Both the position numbers and the translations under genes were made by a program. Below are positions 52,898 to 62,001 of a stretch of DNA of 64,000 nt, piece after piece; within the stretch, counting starts at the first letter, position 1; each line of letters starts with the position of its first letter. The notes beneath the pieces are model-generated. The model was not told the origin of the DNA, did not search any database, and worked only from the letters and a program-made list of their open reading frames with translations. The stretch spans positions 37,486 to 101,485 of the forward strand of contig DATATW010000063.1 in assembly GCA_036268595.1 (NCBI GenBank), read 5' to 3'. The DNA comes from Terriglobales bacterium (GTDB taxonomy: Bacteria; Acidobacteriota; Terriglobia; Terriglobales; Acidobacteriaceae).

Positions 52898-53866
52898 TTA
52901 GAGCAGCACAATTTTTGGATGGAAAAGGGTGCCGGCGACGCGGGTACAAATAGCAACTAAGTCGCGTTGGCCGGAGAAGACTTTGACTTCGCGGGCGCGG
53001 GAGAGTTCGGGAAGATTTACTGGACGGCCGTGGCGAACGCGGGAGAGCACGTCGTCGGTCGCGGTGACGGCAGGAAGCGAAGGCAAGAGTTTGCGGGGAT
53101 GGACGAAGAGGCCGGCTAAGGATTCGGAACACACGCCGCCTTCTTTTTTACTACCGGCCTTGGAATTGTTTTCCTCATCTTCTGTTTTGAGGCGATGGTT
53201 GGGTTGACGGTCGTTCACATTGGGAGCGGCTTGCTCGAGTTCTTCGAGGGTGTGAGCGTCTTGCAGTTCGAACTCGGCGACAGCGGTGCGGCGCAGGGAC
53301 TGCAAATGGGCGCCGCAACCGGCAAGCTGCCCCATGTCATGAGCGATCGAGCGCATGTAAGTGCCGGAAGCAACGCGGGCTTGAAAGCTTGCACAGCAGC
53401 CTTCCATCAAAATTATTTTAAAGTCCTTGATTTCAACCTGCACCGGCTTTAGTGCGATCTCTTGCTTCTTGCGCGCCAGCTTGTAGGCGGGCACACCGCC
53501 AATTTTTTTCGCGGAATATGGCGGCGGCATCTGATCGATGATGCCGGTAAAGTTTGTCGCCAGCTGGCGCACTTGTTCCAGCGAAAGGGACGGTGATTGT
53601 TGAGCGCCTGCAGGTTCACCTTCGGCATCATAGGTATCGGTCGCGAAACCGAAGCGGATCACGCCTTCGTAGGTCTTTTCTGATTTGAGATAAAACTGGG
53701 CCAGGCGCGTCATATTGCCGAGCACGAGCGGCAACACGCCGGTGGCCATGGGATCGAGCGTGCCGAGGTGGCCCACGGAACGCTGCTGCAGGATGCGGCG
53801 TACACGGGCGACAACGTCGTGCGAAGTGAAGCCCGAAGGCTTGTCGATGATGAGGACGGCGTTCAT
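52898..53866 (-). CDS. truB: tRNA pseudouridine-55 synthase
   Basis: 'VLIIDKPSGFTSHDVV', the catalytic 'GHLGTLDPMATGVL', and 'YSAKKIGGVPAYKLAR' are present. It carries a charged insertion before the C-terminal PUA-like part. Confidence 0.92.
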   Translation of the reverse strand: MNAVLIIDKPSGFTSHDVVARVRRILQQRSVGHLGTLDPMATGVLPLVLGNMTRLAQFYLKSEKTYEGVIRFGFATDTYDAEGEPAGAQQSPSLSLEQVRQLATNFTGIIDQMPPPYSAKKIGGVPAYKLARKKQEIALKPVQVEIKDFKIILMEGCCASFQARVASGTYMRSIAHDMGQLAGCGAHLQSLRRTAVAEFELQDAHTLEELEQAAPNVNDRQPNHRLKTEDEENNSKAGSKKEGGVCSESLAGLFVHPRKLLPSLPAVTATDDVLSRVRHGRPVNLPELSRAREVKVFSGQRDLVAICTRVAGTLFHPKIVLL

Positions 53867-53876
53867 GAAAAGGATT

Positions 53877-53971
53877 TAGTAATTGTGTAATCGGGTAATT
53901 TGGTAATTTGAATACGCCATGCGATGAGACGCGGACCGCCCTTAGGTCTGCAATTACAAAGTTACCAAATC
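53877..53971. repeat. Imperfect inverted repeat of (GGTAATTT)-type stutter words
   Basis: The arms are 'tagtaattgtgtaatcgggtaatttggtaatttg' and 'ctgcaattacaaagttaccaaatc', in the truB/rhomboid divergent intergenic region. Confidence 0.7.
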
Positions 53972-53975
53972 TTCT

Positions 53976-54677
53976 ATGTTTCCTATTCGCGACGACCAGC
54001 CCCGCTACAGCACGCCGTTCGTGAACTATTTCATCATCGGGCTGAATACGGTGGTGTTTCTATTTGAACTCTCAGTGCAGATGCAGGGACGGCGCGCGCT
54101 GGATGCGCTGGTATTTCAATTTGGCGTGGTGCCGCAGCACTTTGAACGCGCACTGGCGGGATCGGCGGCGTATTCGATACCGACAACGTTGTTGACGATT
54201 CTGACCTCGATGTTTCTGCACGGCGGCTGGCTGCACATCATTTTCAACATGTGGTTCCTGTGGATCTTCGGGGACAACATCGAGGATTATCTGGGTCACT
54301 TCACCTATTTGATTTTTTATCTTTTGTGCGGAACGACGGCGGCGCTGACCCAAGTTGCGCTGGCACCCAATTCTACGATTCCAACTATCGGCGCCAGTGG
54401 AGCAATTGCCGGAGTGATGGGCGCATACGTGCTGCTTTATCCGCGAGCTAAGGTGCTGACGCTGGTGATATTGATCGTGTTTTTTTCTTTCTGGTGGATA
54501 CCGGCGTGGGTTTTTCTGGGCTACTGGTTTCTGCTGCAATTTTTTTCGGCCAGCATCACGGTGCACCAGGCGTCCGGGGGAGTGGCGTTTGGCGCGCATG
54601 TCGGCGGGTTTTTGACAGGCTTAATTCTGATTAAAGTGTTTCCGCGGAGGACGCGGGCGTACAGGTATGGAAGTTGA
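53976..54677 (+). CDS. Rhomboid-family intramembrane serine protease
   Basis: It has 'HGGWLHIIFNMWFLWIFG', the catalytic 'GASGAIAGVMGAY', and 'HVGGFLTG'. Confidence 0.9.
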   Translation: MFPIRDDQPRYSTPFVNYFIIGLNTVVFLFELSVQMQGRRALDALVFQFGVVPQHFERALAGSAAYSIPTTLLTILTSMFLHGGWLHIIFNMWFLWIFGDNIEDYLGHFTYLIFYLLCGTTAALTQVALAPNSTIPTIGASGAIAGVMGAYVLLYPRAKVLTLVILIVFFSFWWIPAWVFLGYWFLLQFFSASITVHQASGGVAFGAHVGGFLTGLILIKVFPRRTRAYRYGS

Positions 54678-54682
54678 AGAGC

Positions 54683-54761
54683 AGTGGTTAGTCACTGGTG
54701 GTTAGTGGCTGGCTGCTGCTTCTCCTTTCCGCTAGCCACTGGCCACTGATCACTAGCCACT
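54683..54761. repeat. Imperfect hairpin of (AGTGGTTAGT / CACTGG)-type stutter words
   Basis: The arms 'agtggttagtcactggtggttagtggctgg' and 'gctagccactggccactgatcactagccact' are complementary at 22 of 30 positions by hand count. Confidence 0.75.
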
Positions 54762-54786
54762 TCGATGTCCCCTTTATAATGAGGGT

Positions 54787-55392
54787 GTGAGTACATTTGC
54801 AAAACAATTAGCATCGGCGGACTTCCCTACCCGCTGGGGGCAATTTCGCATTTATGGATTTCGGCTTGATCCCATCACCGAGGGCAAGCCGGAAGAGGCG
54901 GTGGCACTGGTGATGGGAGACGTACATGCATCGCCGCCGCTGGTGCGGATTCACTCGCAATGCCTGACCGGCGATGTGTTCGGATCGCTGCGCTGCGATT
55001 GCCGGCAGCAATTGGAGATGGGGCTGGGCATGATCGCGGAAGAACGCGCAGGAATTCTCATCTATGAACAGCAGGAGGGACGCGGCATTGGATTGATGCC
55101 GAAGCTGCAGGCGTATGAGCTGCAGGACTCAGGGCTGGATACGGTCGAGGCCAATGAGAAGCTTGGATTCAAGGCTGATCATCGTGAGTTTGCGCTGCCG
55201 GCAGAGATGCTGAAGGCGCTGGAGGTGAAGCGGGTCCGGCTGCTGTCGAATAATCCGGAGAAGGTGGCGGCGCTGGAGCGGGCGGGGATTGAAGTTGTGG
55301 AGCGCGTGCCCTGCGAAGTCGAGCCTAGCGAACATGCGCAAGAGTATCTGCGGACCAAAAAGGAAAAGATGGGGCATTTGTTTACGGAGTAG
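54787..55392 (+). CDS. ribA: GTP cyclohydrolase II
   Basis: 'RIHSQCLTGDVFGSLRCDCRQQL' and 'EGRGIGL' are present. The start is GTG. Size is 201 aa. Confidence 0.9.
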   Translation: MSTFAKQLASADFPTRWGQFRIYGFRLDPITEGKPEEAVALVMGDVHASPPLVRIHSQCLTGDVFGSLRCDCRQQLEMGLGMIAEERAGILIYEQQEGRGIGLMPKLQAYELQDSGLDTVEANEKLGFKADHREFALPAEMLKALEVKRVRLLSNNPEKVAALERAGIEVVERVPCEVEPSEHAQEYLRTKKEKMGHLFTE

Positions 55393-55587
55393 GGAGCTTA
55401 CTCTTTCAGTCGAAAAAGCTTTTAACCGCAGAGATCGCAGAGAACGTCCCCGAGTTCACAGAGTAAGCATTCCTTGCAGAGTTCGACGGCTGGCGGGCGT
55501 CGACGCCCGCGGCGGCTACACGAACTTTGGGCCGGGCGAGGATGCCTGGCGCCCCACAATCAAGGTGGGTGATTTAATCTTTTTCTC

Positions 55588-57366
55588 GTGGACAATAAAT
55601 CCATCGCTGGAATTTTGTATGAAACGGCCGACCTGCTGGAAGTCGACGGGCAGGATTCGTTCCGTATCCGGTCGTATCGCAATGCCGCCGAGGCGATTGA
55701 AGGGCTATCGCAGCAAATTGCCGACCTCATAGAGGATCCCAAGCAGGTGCTGGCGATTCCCGGCATCGGCAAAGGCATGCTCAACAATTTGAAAGAAATG
55801 CTGCATGAGGGAAAGCTTTCGTTGCATGCCGAAATGCTGAAGAAATACCGGCCATCGATGCTGGAGTTGCTTAGGGTACAGGGGCTGGGGCCGAAAACTG
55901 TGGCGCTTATCTGGAGCGCTTATCAGGTTTGCGATCTGGAGGGAGTGGAAAAGCTGGCGCGGGAGGGAAAAATACGCGAGCTGCCGCGGATGGGAGAGAA
56001 ACACGAGCAGAAAATATTGAAGGCGATCGAAGATTACCGGAGGATCGCGGGACGTTTTTTGCTGAACGTCGCAGAGGTGCAGGCAGAAAAAATCGCGGAA
56101 CATCTGAAGGACTATCCAGGGGTTGAGAACGCGGTTCCGGCGGGTTCGCTTAGGCGTGGGCGTGAGACTGTGGGCGATCTCGACATTCTGCTGACTGGGC
56201 CGGCATGTTGCGATGACGTGGAGCGGGAAAAATTGATTGAGCACATCATCAAACTGCCCGGGCTGATGGAGATCATTGCGCGCGGCGAGAACAAGGTAAG
56301 TTTCCGCTTGCGCGGTGGAATGCAGGTGGATGTGCGGTTTCTGCCGCCGGAATCATTCGGGGCGGCGATGCAGTACTTCACTGGATCGAAGGGACACAAT
56401 GTCGCGTTGCGACAGCGGGCGCTGAAGATGGGTTACACGTTGAACGAATACAGCCTGGCGAAGCTGGATGATCAGCAGGTGGTGGCGGGGAAATCGGAAG
56501 AAGAGATTTATGCGGCGCTGAATCTGGATTACATCCCTCCGGAGATGCGGGAGAATTGCGGCGAGATAGACGCGGCGGAGAAACACGCGTTGCCGAAGCT
56601 GATCGTGCAGGATGATCTGCAGGGCGATGTGCATATGCACACTATCGAAACCGACGGGCGAAACACGATCAGCGAGATGGCGGAAGCGGCGCGCGAACGC
56701 GGGTACAAATATATGGCCATCACCGATCATTCCAAAAACCTGGCTTTCGCCAACGGGCTTGACGATGCGCGGGCACTCGAGCACATCAAGCGGATTCGGG
56801 CGACCAACGATACCATCGAAGGCATCAAGATTTTTGCCGGAATCGAGGTCGATATTCTGGCCGACGGGTCTCTTGACCTTTCCGATTCGGTGCTCGAGCA
56901 GATGGATGTGGTGATTGCCAGCGTGCATTCGCACTTCAATCAATCGGCGGAGGAAATGACTGCCCGGTTGCTCCAGGCGATTGAGAACCCGAACGTCTCG
57001 ATCATTGGGCATCCGACGGGGCGCATTCTGTTGCGCCGGGATGCATATCCTTATGACATGGATGCGGTGCTCGAGGCTGCGGCACGGCATAAAGTTGCGA
57101 TGGAGTTGAACGCGTACCCAGACCGACTCGATCTTTCGGACCGGCACTTGCGAATGGCCAAGCAACGAGGCGTCAAGATCGTGATCAATACTGACTCGCA
57201 TCACACCACGCACCTGGAGAAAATGCGCTACGGAGTGCTGCAGGCGCGGCGAGCCTGGCTGACTTCGGGGGATGTGTTGAACACGTTGCCGGTAGATCAG
57301 TTTGCTTCGGCCATGAAGCATGAGTGGCCGGCGTCCACTGCTGCGCCTGACTTCATTCTTTCGTAG
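55588..57366 (+). CDS. polX: Family X DNA polymerase with C-terminal PHP domain
   Basis: It has N-terminal HhH motifs ('IRSYRNAA', 'IPGIGKGM', 'GLGPKT'), a palm region 'GSLRRGRETVGDLDILL', and a PHP region 'GDVHMHTIETDG'. The start is GTG. Confidence 0.9.
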   Translation: MDNKSIAGILYETADLLEVDGQDSFRIRSYRNAAEAIEGLSQQIADLIEDPKQVLAIPGIGKGMLNNLKEMLHEGKLSLHAEMLKKYRPSMLELLRVQGLGPKTVALIWSAYQVCDLEGVEKLAREGKIRELPRMGEKHEQKILKAIEDYRRIAGRFLLNVAEVQAEKIAEHLKDYPGVENAVPAGSLRRGRETVGDLDILLTGPACCDDVEREKLIEHIIKLPGLMEIIARGENKVSFRLRGGMQVDVRFLPPESFGAAMQYFTGSKGHNVALRQRALKMGYTLNEYSLAKLDDQQVVAGKSEEEIYAALNLDYIPPEMRENCGEIDAAEKHALPKLIVQDDLQGDVHMHTIETDGRNTISEMAEAARERGYKYMAITDHSKNLAFANGLDDARALEHIKRIRATNDTIEGIKIFAGIEVDILADGSLDLSDSVLEQMDVVIASVHSHFNQSAEEMTARLLQAIENPNVSIIGHPTGRILLRRDAYPYDMDAVLEAAARHKVAMELNAYPDRLDLSDRHLRMAKQRGVKIVINTDSHHTTHLEKMRYGVLQARRAWLTSGDVLNTLPVDQFASAMKHEWPASTAAPDFILS

Positions 57367-57368
57367 TT

Positions 57369-57484
57369 CCCACCGTACGAAAACCGCGTAGGGTGGGGCA
57401 CCCTCGCTGGCGTACGGCGTACCCTGCTTCACCTCACTTCATGGTTTCGTGGTTCCCACCGTACGAGAATCGCGTAGAGTGGGG
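57369..57484. repeat. Two tandem REP-like hairpins (CCCACCGTACG-loop-CGTAGrGTGGG)
   Basis: The copies lie at 57369-57397 and 57455-57484. Both are preceded by 'gttcc' and followed by 'gcaccctc'. Confidence 0.85.
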
Positions 57485-57653
57485 CACCCTCATTTGTGGT
57501 AGCTCAGGATAATCACGTCGCCACATTTTTGGGAGGAGTGGCTTTCCTACGAAAGTCAAAGGCGGCGGACAAGAGCGTCCGGCCCACACTCCCCAAAGTG
57601 GCCCACACGGGCATGGACTCGGCGAGTACAATTCCCAGAGCAGGAGGAGACCC

Positions 57654-58307
57654 ATGTCGAGTCCAACCAACCCCACGCCTCCGTCAGATCCTGAAGCATC
57701 ACCCGTATCCGGTCAGCAAACTCAAACCCAGTCGCAATCGCAAACGCAGCAAAACGAAGCTGAACCAGTTCAGCCGGGCTCATCTACAAAGTTCGACATC
57801 AGCGAGGAATACGGCACGGCGCGGAAGAATCTTCCTCCGGCGGGAGTGCTCGCGATTTGCCTGGTGGCGGTCATGGTAATCGTAACTGTCTTTGCGCTTA
57901 CGAATCGCGCCCACCCGCTGTCATCCGGATCAATCGACGATGTAGTGTCAGTGGCCGTGCCGCAGCAGGACATGGTGATGGTGGCGATCAACGTCACGCT
58001 GCACAACAATGCCAAAAAGCCATCATGGATTCATACCATCAAAGCCACGCTCGATACCGGGAAGGACAAATTCGACGACGACGCGTCCCCTGCGGTGGAC
58101 GCCGAACGCTACTTCAAGGCCTTCCCGGACCTGAAGGCGCACGCCCTGCCTTTTTTAATGCCCGAACAGCGATTGGATCCTAAGAGCAAAACGGTGGGGA
58201 CATTCGTGGTAAGTTTTCCAGTTTCAGCAGAAGCATTTGCGGCCCGCAAATCGCTGATCGTAACCGTAGCGCCCTATGATGAAGTTCCACTGGAGATCAA
58301 GAAATAA
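57654..58307 (+). CDS. Membrane-anchored hypothetical protein with Q/T/S-rich N-terminus
   Basis: The 217-aa ORF has a single TM helix, 'VLAICLVAVMVIVTVFAL'. I recognised no family. Confidence 0.5.
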   Translation: MSSPTNPTPPSDPEASPVSGQQTQTQSQSQTQQNEAEPVQPGSSTKFDISEEYGTARKNLPPAGVLAICLVAVMVIVTVFALTNRAHPLSSGSIDDVVSVAVPQQDMVMVAINVTLHNNAKKPSWIHTIKATLDTGKDKFDDDASPAVDAERYFKAFPDLKAHALPFLMPEQRLDPKSKTVGTFVVSFPVSAEAFAARKSLIVTVAPYDEVPLEIKK

Positions 58308-58835
58308 CTACTGACGCTTCTGAATATATTTGCGACGCGCAAGGTGAGTATGGGCGGTAGGATTTAAGTCGTCATATTTCAGCAAACTGATTGAGCCATC
58401 CACTTCGAGTACGCCCAGCGCCACATCGTGACAAGTGGAAACACCGTGTTCCCGCATTGCCCGTTCCAGTTCATCCATGCTTACGTGTTCTTTTGCCATA
58501 TGCGAGAGGATGATTTGGCCATCGTGGACAAGAAGGCTGGGCTGACCCTGAACGAACTTGCGGAAGCGGCGATTGGCGCCAGAGAATTCGGCAATGAAAT
58601 AATTCATCAGCAGTAGGGTGACGGCCGCAACAATGCCGCCAATGAGCGACGTGTCGGAGCCGGTCATGGCGTTCTGCACCGAGTTGCTGATGAGGAGCAG
58701 CAGGGTCAAGTCGAAAGGCGTCATCTGACCGACCTCGCGTTTGCCGCTGAGGCGGACTCCGATCAGCACGACCAGATAGATGGCCATGGTGCGAAGCACG
58801 ATTCCGCCGAGAAGGGTTGCGTGTTCGGGAAGCAT
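58308..58835 (-). CDS. DUF421 (YetF-like) membrane protein
   Basis: 'IYLVVLIGVRLSGKREVGQMTPFDLTLLLLISN' is typical. The start is placed at 58835. The 154-codon upstream extension overlaps the bshB1-like gene antisense and is rejected. Confidence 0.75.
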   Translation of the reverse strand: MLPEHATLLGGIVLRTMAIYLVVLIGVRLSGKREVGQMTPFDLTLLLLISNSVQNAMTGSDTSLIGGIVAAVTLLLMNYFIAEFSGANRRFRKFVQGQPSLLVHDGQIILSHMAKEHVSMDELERAMREHGVSTCHDVALGVLEVDGSISLLKYDDLNPTAHTHLARRKYIQKRQ

Positions 58836-58937
58836 TTGTGGGGGTCGCCTGCGGCGCCAGGGAAATAAAGTACCATTACCGGCGAGCATCGTCCATGATT
58901 GGCGGCAATAAGTTGCCGCAGCTCTTGACCTGCCGCT

Positions 58938-59702
58938 ATGCTCATAGGACCTATGAGTTCTTTGCCGATTGACATACTGGCGATCGCTGCGCATCGCGAT
59001 GACGTAGAACAAACCTGCGGCGGGACGCTGCTCAAGATGGCGGAGCGCGGACATCGGACCGGAATTCTTGATCTGACGCGTGGGGAGATGGGAACTCGAG
59101 GAAGCGCGGAAGAACGAGCTCAGGAGGCGACGGAGGCGGCACGAATATTGAAAGCGTCCTGGCGAGATGCGCTGGATATTCCTGACGGCCGGGTGGAGAA
59201 CACCTGGGAGAACCGGCTGAAGGTTGCGCGTGTGATCCGGCAGATCCGACCACGGGTGGTGATACTTCCCTACTGGGAGGGGCGACATCCGGACCACTAC
59301 ACGGCTTCGAAGTTGGGATACGAAGCGTGCTTTCTGGCGGGGCTGGCCAAATTAGCTATCAGCCATCAGCCATCAGCCGTCAGCTCAGAACAGCCCCCAC
59401 CGCACAGACCGTTCAAGATTATTTATGCGACGTTGTATCACGATGTTCGACCGACGTTTGTGGTCGACATCAGCGAACAATTTGAAGCGCGGTTTGAGTC
59501 CCTGATGGCTTATAAATCGCAGTTCAGCGATCAGGCGGCCGGTAAGGACATCTTCCCTGCACGAGCGGAAATCAGGGCCCGGGTTGAAGCCATGGCCAGG
59601 TTTTACGGGATGATGGCGGGGGTCACCTATGGAGAGCCGTTCCTGCAAAAAGAAGTGGGGCTGGTGGATGACGTCACGGCGATTGCAGTGAAGTCAATCT
59701 AG
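58938..59702 (+). CDS. bshB1: PIG-L/LmbE-family deacetylase, BshB1-like
   Basis: 'DILAIAAHRDDVEQTCGGTL', 'DLTRGEMGTRGS', 'HPDH' and 'FYGMMAGVTYGEPF' are present. It contains an in-frame stutter-word segment at about 59350-59390. Confidence 0.8.
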   Translation: MLIGPMSSLPIDILAIAAHRDDVEQTCGGTLLKMAERGHRTGILDLTRGEMGTRGSAEERAQEATEAARILKASWRDALDIPDGRVENTWENRLKVARVIRQIRPRVVILPYWEGRHPDHYTASKLGYEACFLAGLAKLAISHQPSAVSSEQPPPHRPFKIIYATLYHDVRPTFVVDISEQFEARFESLMAYKSQFSDQAAGKDIFPARAEIRARVEAMARFYGMMAGVTYGEPFLQKEVGLVDDVTAIAVKSI

Positions 59703-59759
59703 GCCAGCTTGTGGGCAGCGTGATGTTATGGTATTACCTCTTTTACAAAGGTAATACCT

Positions 59760-60020
59760 ATGGCTTACCAGAGCAGAATTACCAGCAAAGGGCAGATCAC
59801 AGTTCCGGTAGAGATCCGTCGGAAATTAGGATTGCGTCGAGGCGACCGCGTGGAGTTCCGGGAGCACGGAACCGAGGCGCTGATCACGCGTGCAATGGAA
59901 CCCGACAATCCATTCGACAAATATGTCGGCATACTTCGCGGCAAACAAAAGCCTGGGATGACTTCGAAGGAGTGGATGGCAAAGTTGCGCGATGACTCTG
60001 AAACGGAGCGCAAGCGCTGA
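59760..60020 (+). CDS. vapB: AbrB/SpoVT-fold antitoxin (VapB-type)
   Basis: 'RITSKGQITVPVEIRRKLGLRRGDRVEF' is the swapped-hairpin AbrB motif. Size is 86 aa. Confidence 0.85.
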   Translation: MAYQSRITSKGQITVPVEIRRKLGLRRGDRVEFREHGTEALITRAMEPDNPFDKYVGILRGKQKPGMTSKEWMAKLRDDSETERKR

Positions 60021-60435
60021 AGACTGCAATCGACACGAACGTCCTTTCTGCGCTACTTTCGGCGAGACTGCCTCAGCAGAATGCAAGAACCAGTTAGATC
60101 ATTCGAGATCGCGGGGTAAGCTCGTCATCTGTGCTCCGGTTTATGTCGAGTTGTGCGCATATCCGGGTGCGGCGAAGAGTTTTGTACTCGAGTTCTTGAG
60201 TGACACAGGCATCCTCATTGATTTCCAAATAACTGAAGCCGTGTGGCACGAAACCGAAGTGAGATTCGGCGACTACGCACGTCGGCGGCGCAAATCGGGA
60301 GGCGGAATGCCCAAACGACTACTGGCGGATTTCATCGTAGGCGCTCATGCGCTGGTTATGGCAGATCGATTTTTGACATTGGACCAAGACCGATACATAA
60401 GAGATTTTCCAGAATTGAATCTGGTTTGGCATTGA
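60017..60435 (+). pseudogene. vapC: PIN-domain toxin VapC, apparently frameshifted and lacking a canonical start
   Basis: The N-terminal PIN motif '(L)KTAIDTNVLSALLS' is in frame 2 from the CTG at 60017, overlapping the vapB stop as CTGA. The remainder, 'GETASAECKNQLDHSRSRGKLVICAPVYVEL...LLADFIVGAHAL...FLTLD', is in frame 1. The junction is near 60055-60062. Confidence 0.65.
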
Positions 60436-60438
60436 GTT

Positions 60439-61104
60439 CTAGAGCTTCGCAGCAACGGCCAACCCGTCGCGGATGGGCAGGATGGTTGTGAACAACTCTT
60501 TCGAGCCGTACAGCAGGCGATTGAACTCCAGGATAGATTTCGTGGATGGTTCTGTGGGGTTCTTCTCCGCGACTTTGCCACTCCATAGAACGTTGTCAGC
60601 GATCAGCAGGCCTCCCTGGCGAAGGCGTGGAACGGCCATGCGCAGCGCGCGAGGATAATCCTCTTTGTCGACGTCGCAAAAAATAATGTCGAACTGCTGG
60701 GTCTGTTCGGAGAGAAGTTCGAGAGCGTCGCCAACTTTTATAGTGATGCGATTGGCGACGCTGGCGCGTTCGAAATATCCGCGGGCTTCGTCGGCGTTTT
60801 TGCGATCACCATCCGTGTAGATGACGCGACCGCCATCGCCGACAGCGCGCGCCCACCAGATAGTCGAATATCCAATGGCCGATCCCATCTCGAAAATGTT
60901 TTTCGCGCCGGAGATCATCGCCAGCTGATGGAGGACGCGTCCGACAGCGGGACCGACGATAGGAATGTTGCGCTTGGCCGCCTGGCTTTCCATCTCCGCG
61001 AGTACTTCATCGCGCGACGGCAACATTGAATACAAATAGTTTTCCACTGGCCCGGCAGTGATGCCTTGCATCATCCAGCTTGGCTTGTCAGAAGTTGTGG
61101 GCAT
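60439..61104 (-). CDS. Class I SAM-dependent O-methyltransferase (caffeoyl-CoA OMT-like)
   Basis: 'NIFEMGSAIGYSTIWWA', 'FDIIFCDVDKEDYP' and 'LRQGGLLIADNVLWSG' are present. Confidence 0.8.
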   Translation of the reverse strand: MPTTSDKPSWMMQGITAGPVENYLYSMLPSRDEVLAEMESQAAKRNIPIVGPAVGRVLHQLAMISGAKNIFEMGSAIGYSTIWWARAVGDGGRVIYTDGDRKNADEARGYFERASVANRITIKVGDALELLSEQTQQFDIIFCDVDKEDYPRALRMAVPRLRQGGLLIADNVLWSGKVAEKNPTEPSTKSILEFNRLLYGSKELFTTILPIRDGLAVAAKL

Positions 61105-61117
61105 ATTGCCTCTCGTC

Positions 61118-61819
61118 CTAAGTAATGGTTTCGCCGGGTTTCATTTCTACTATTTTGACTCCGTGCACCAGCTTGCTGAGATCGCTCGGACGCCCGGTCA
61201 GCACAGGAAAGGTGGCGAAGTGCATGGGGATCACGGCATTCGGCTTCAGCAAATTGCAGGCGTATGCAGCCTCGCGCGGGCCCATGGTGTAGTGATCGCC
61301 GATGGGAAGCATGGCAATATCGGGCGAATAAAGTTCGCGGATGATGGCCATGTCTCCGAAGACGTTGGTGTCGCCGGCGTGATAAATCTTCGTGCCGTTC
61401 TCAAACTCTACGACGTAGCCGCAGGCCTCGCCACCATAGACGTAATCATCGCCATCCTGAATTCCGCAGGAATGGTCAGCGTGGACCATGGTGACTTTAA
61501 TGTCGTCGACCTGCTGGGTTCCGCCCTTATTCATTTCAGCAAGTTGCTTTACGCCTTTCTTTTTGAGCCAGCCGCAAAGCTCAGGAATGCCGATAACTTT
61601 AGGATTATGCTTCTTGGCGATTTCCACTGCGTCGCCAATGTGGTCTCCATGACCGTGAGTGCAGAGCAGGACGTCTACTGCTTTTACGTCTTTTTCTTTT
61701 TCAGGACATGCCGGATTACCCATGATCCAGGGATCGATGATGATGATTTTGCCTTTTGGAGTTTGAATGCGGAAAGTGGCGTGTCCGAGCCAAGTGAGGC
61801 TTATACCGTTTAATCGCAT
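61118..61819 (-). CDS. Metallo-beta-lactamase-fold hydrolase (UPF0173-like)
   Basis: 'LTWLGHATFRIQT', 'CTHGHGDHIGD' and 'HAGDT' are present. Size is 233 aa. Confidence 0.8.
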   Translation of the reverse strand: MRLNGISLTWLGHATFRIQTPKGKIIIIDPWIMGNPACPEKEKDVKAVDVLLCTHGHGDHIGDAVEIAKKHNPKVIGIPELCGWLKKKGVKQLAEMNKGGTQQVDDIKVTMVHADHSCGIQDGDDYVYGGEACGYVVEFENGTKIYHAGDTNVFGDMAIIRELYSPDIAMLPIGDHYTMGPREAAYACNLLKPNAVIPMHFATFPVLTGRPSDLSKLVHGVKIVEMKPGETIT

Positions 61820-62001
61820 GCGGCCGTTTTCTTTCTACAAAGAGATGTAAACATTCTAGACGGTGCGGCTGAGGGGGTTCAATCTGTGGGTTACTGAAAA
61901 CGGATAAAAGCTTTTAACCGCAGAGATCGCAGAGAAAGGCAGGAACCAACAGACAACCTCTTTGACTTTTGGCGGCGCTGGCGGAGTAATATGTTGATTC
62001 C

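Noticed and set aside
53100-53260. Charged insertion ('NVNDRQPNHRLKTEDEENNSKAGSKKEGG') in TruB as a possible inserted element.
   Set aside because: It is in-frame, is not similar to the REP words, and lies in a linker between the catalytic and PUA-like parts where length variation is common. It is not notable without comparative data.
56353-57432. 359-aa minus-strand ORF.
   Set aside because: It is an antisense shadow of polX, and it runs into the REP hairpins.
58836-59297. N-terminal extension of the DUF421 gene (track ORF 58308-59297).
   Set aside because: It overlaps the well-supported bshB1-like gene antisense, and the conserved DUF421 N-terminal TM region starts at the Met at 58835.
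61058-61813. 251-aa plus-strand ORF.
   Set aside because: It is an antisense shadow of the MBL-fold hydrolase gene.
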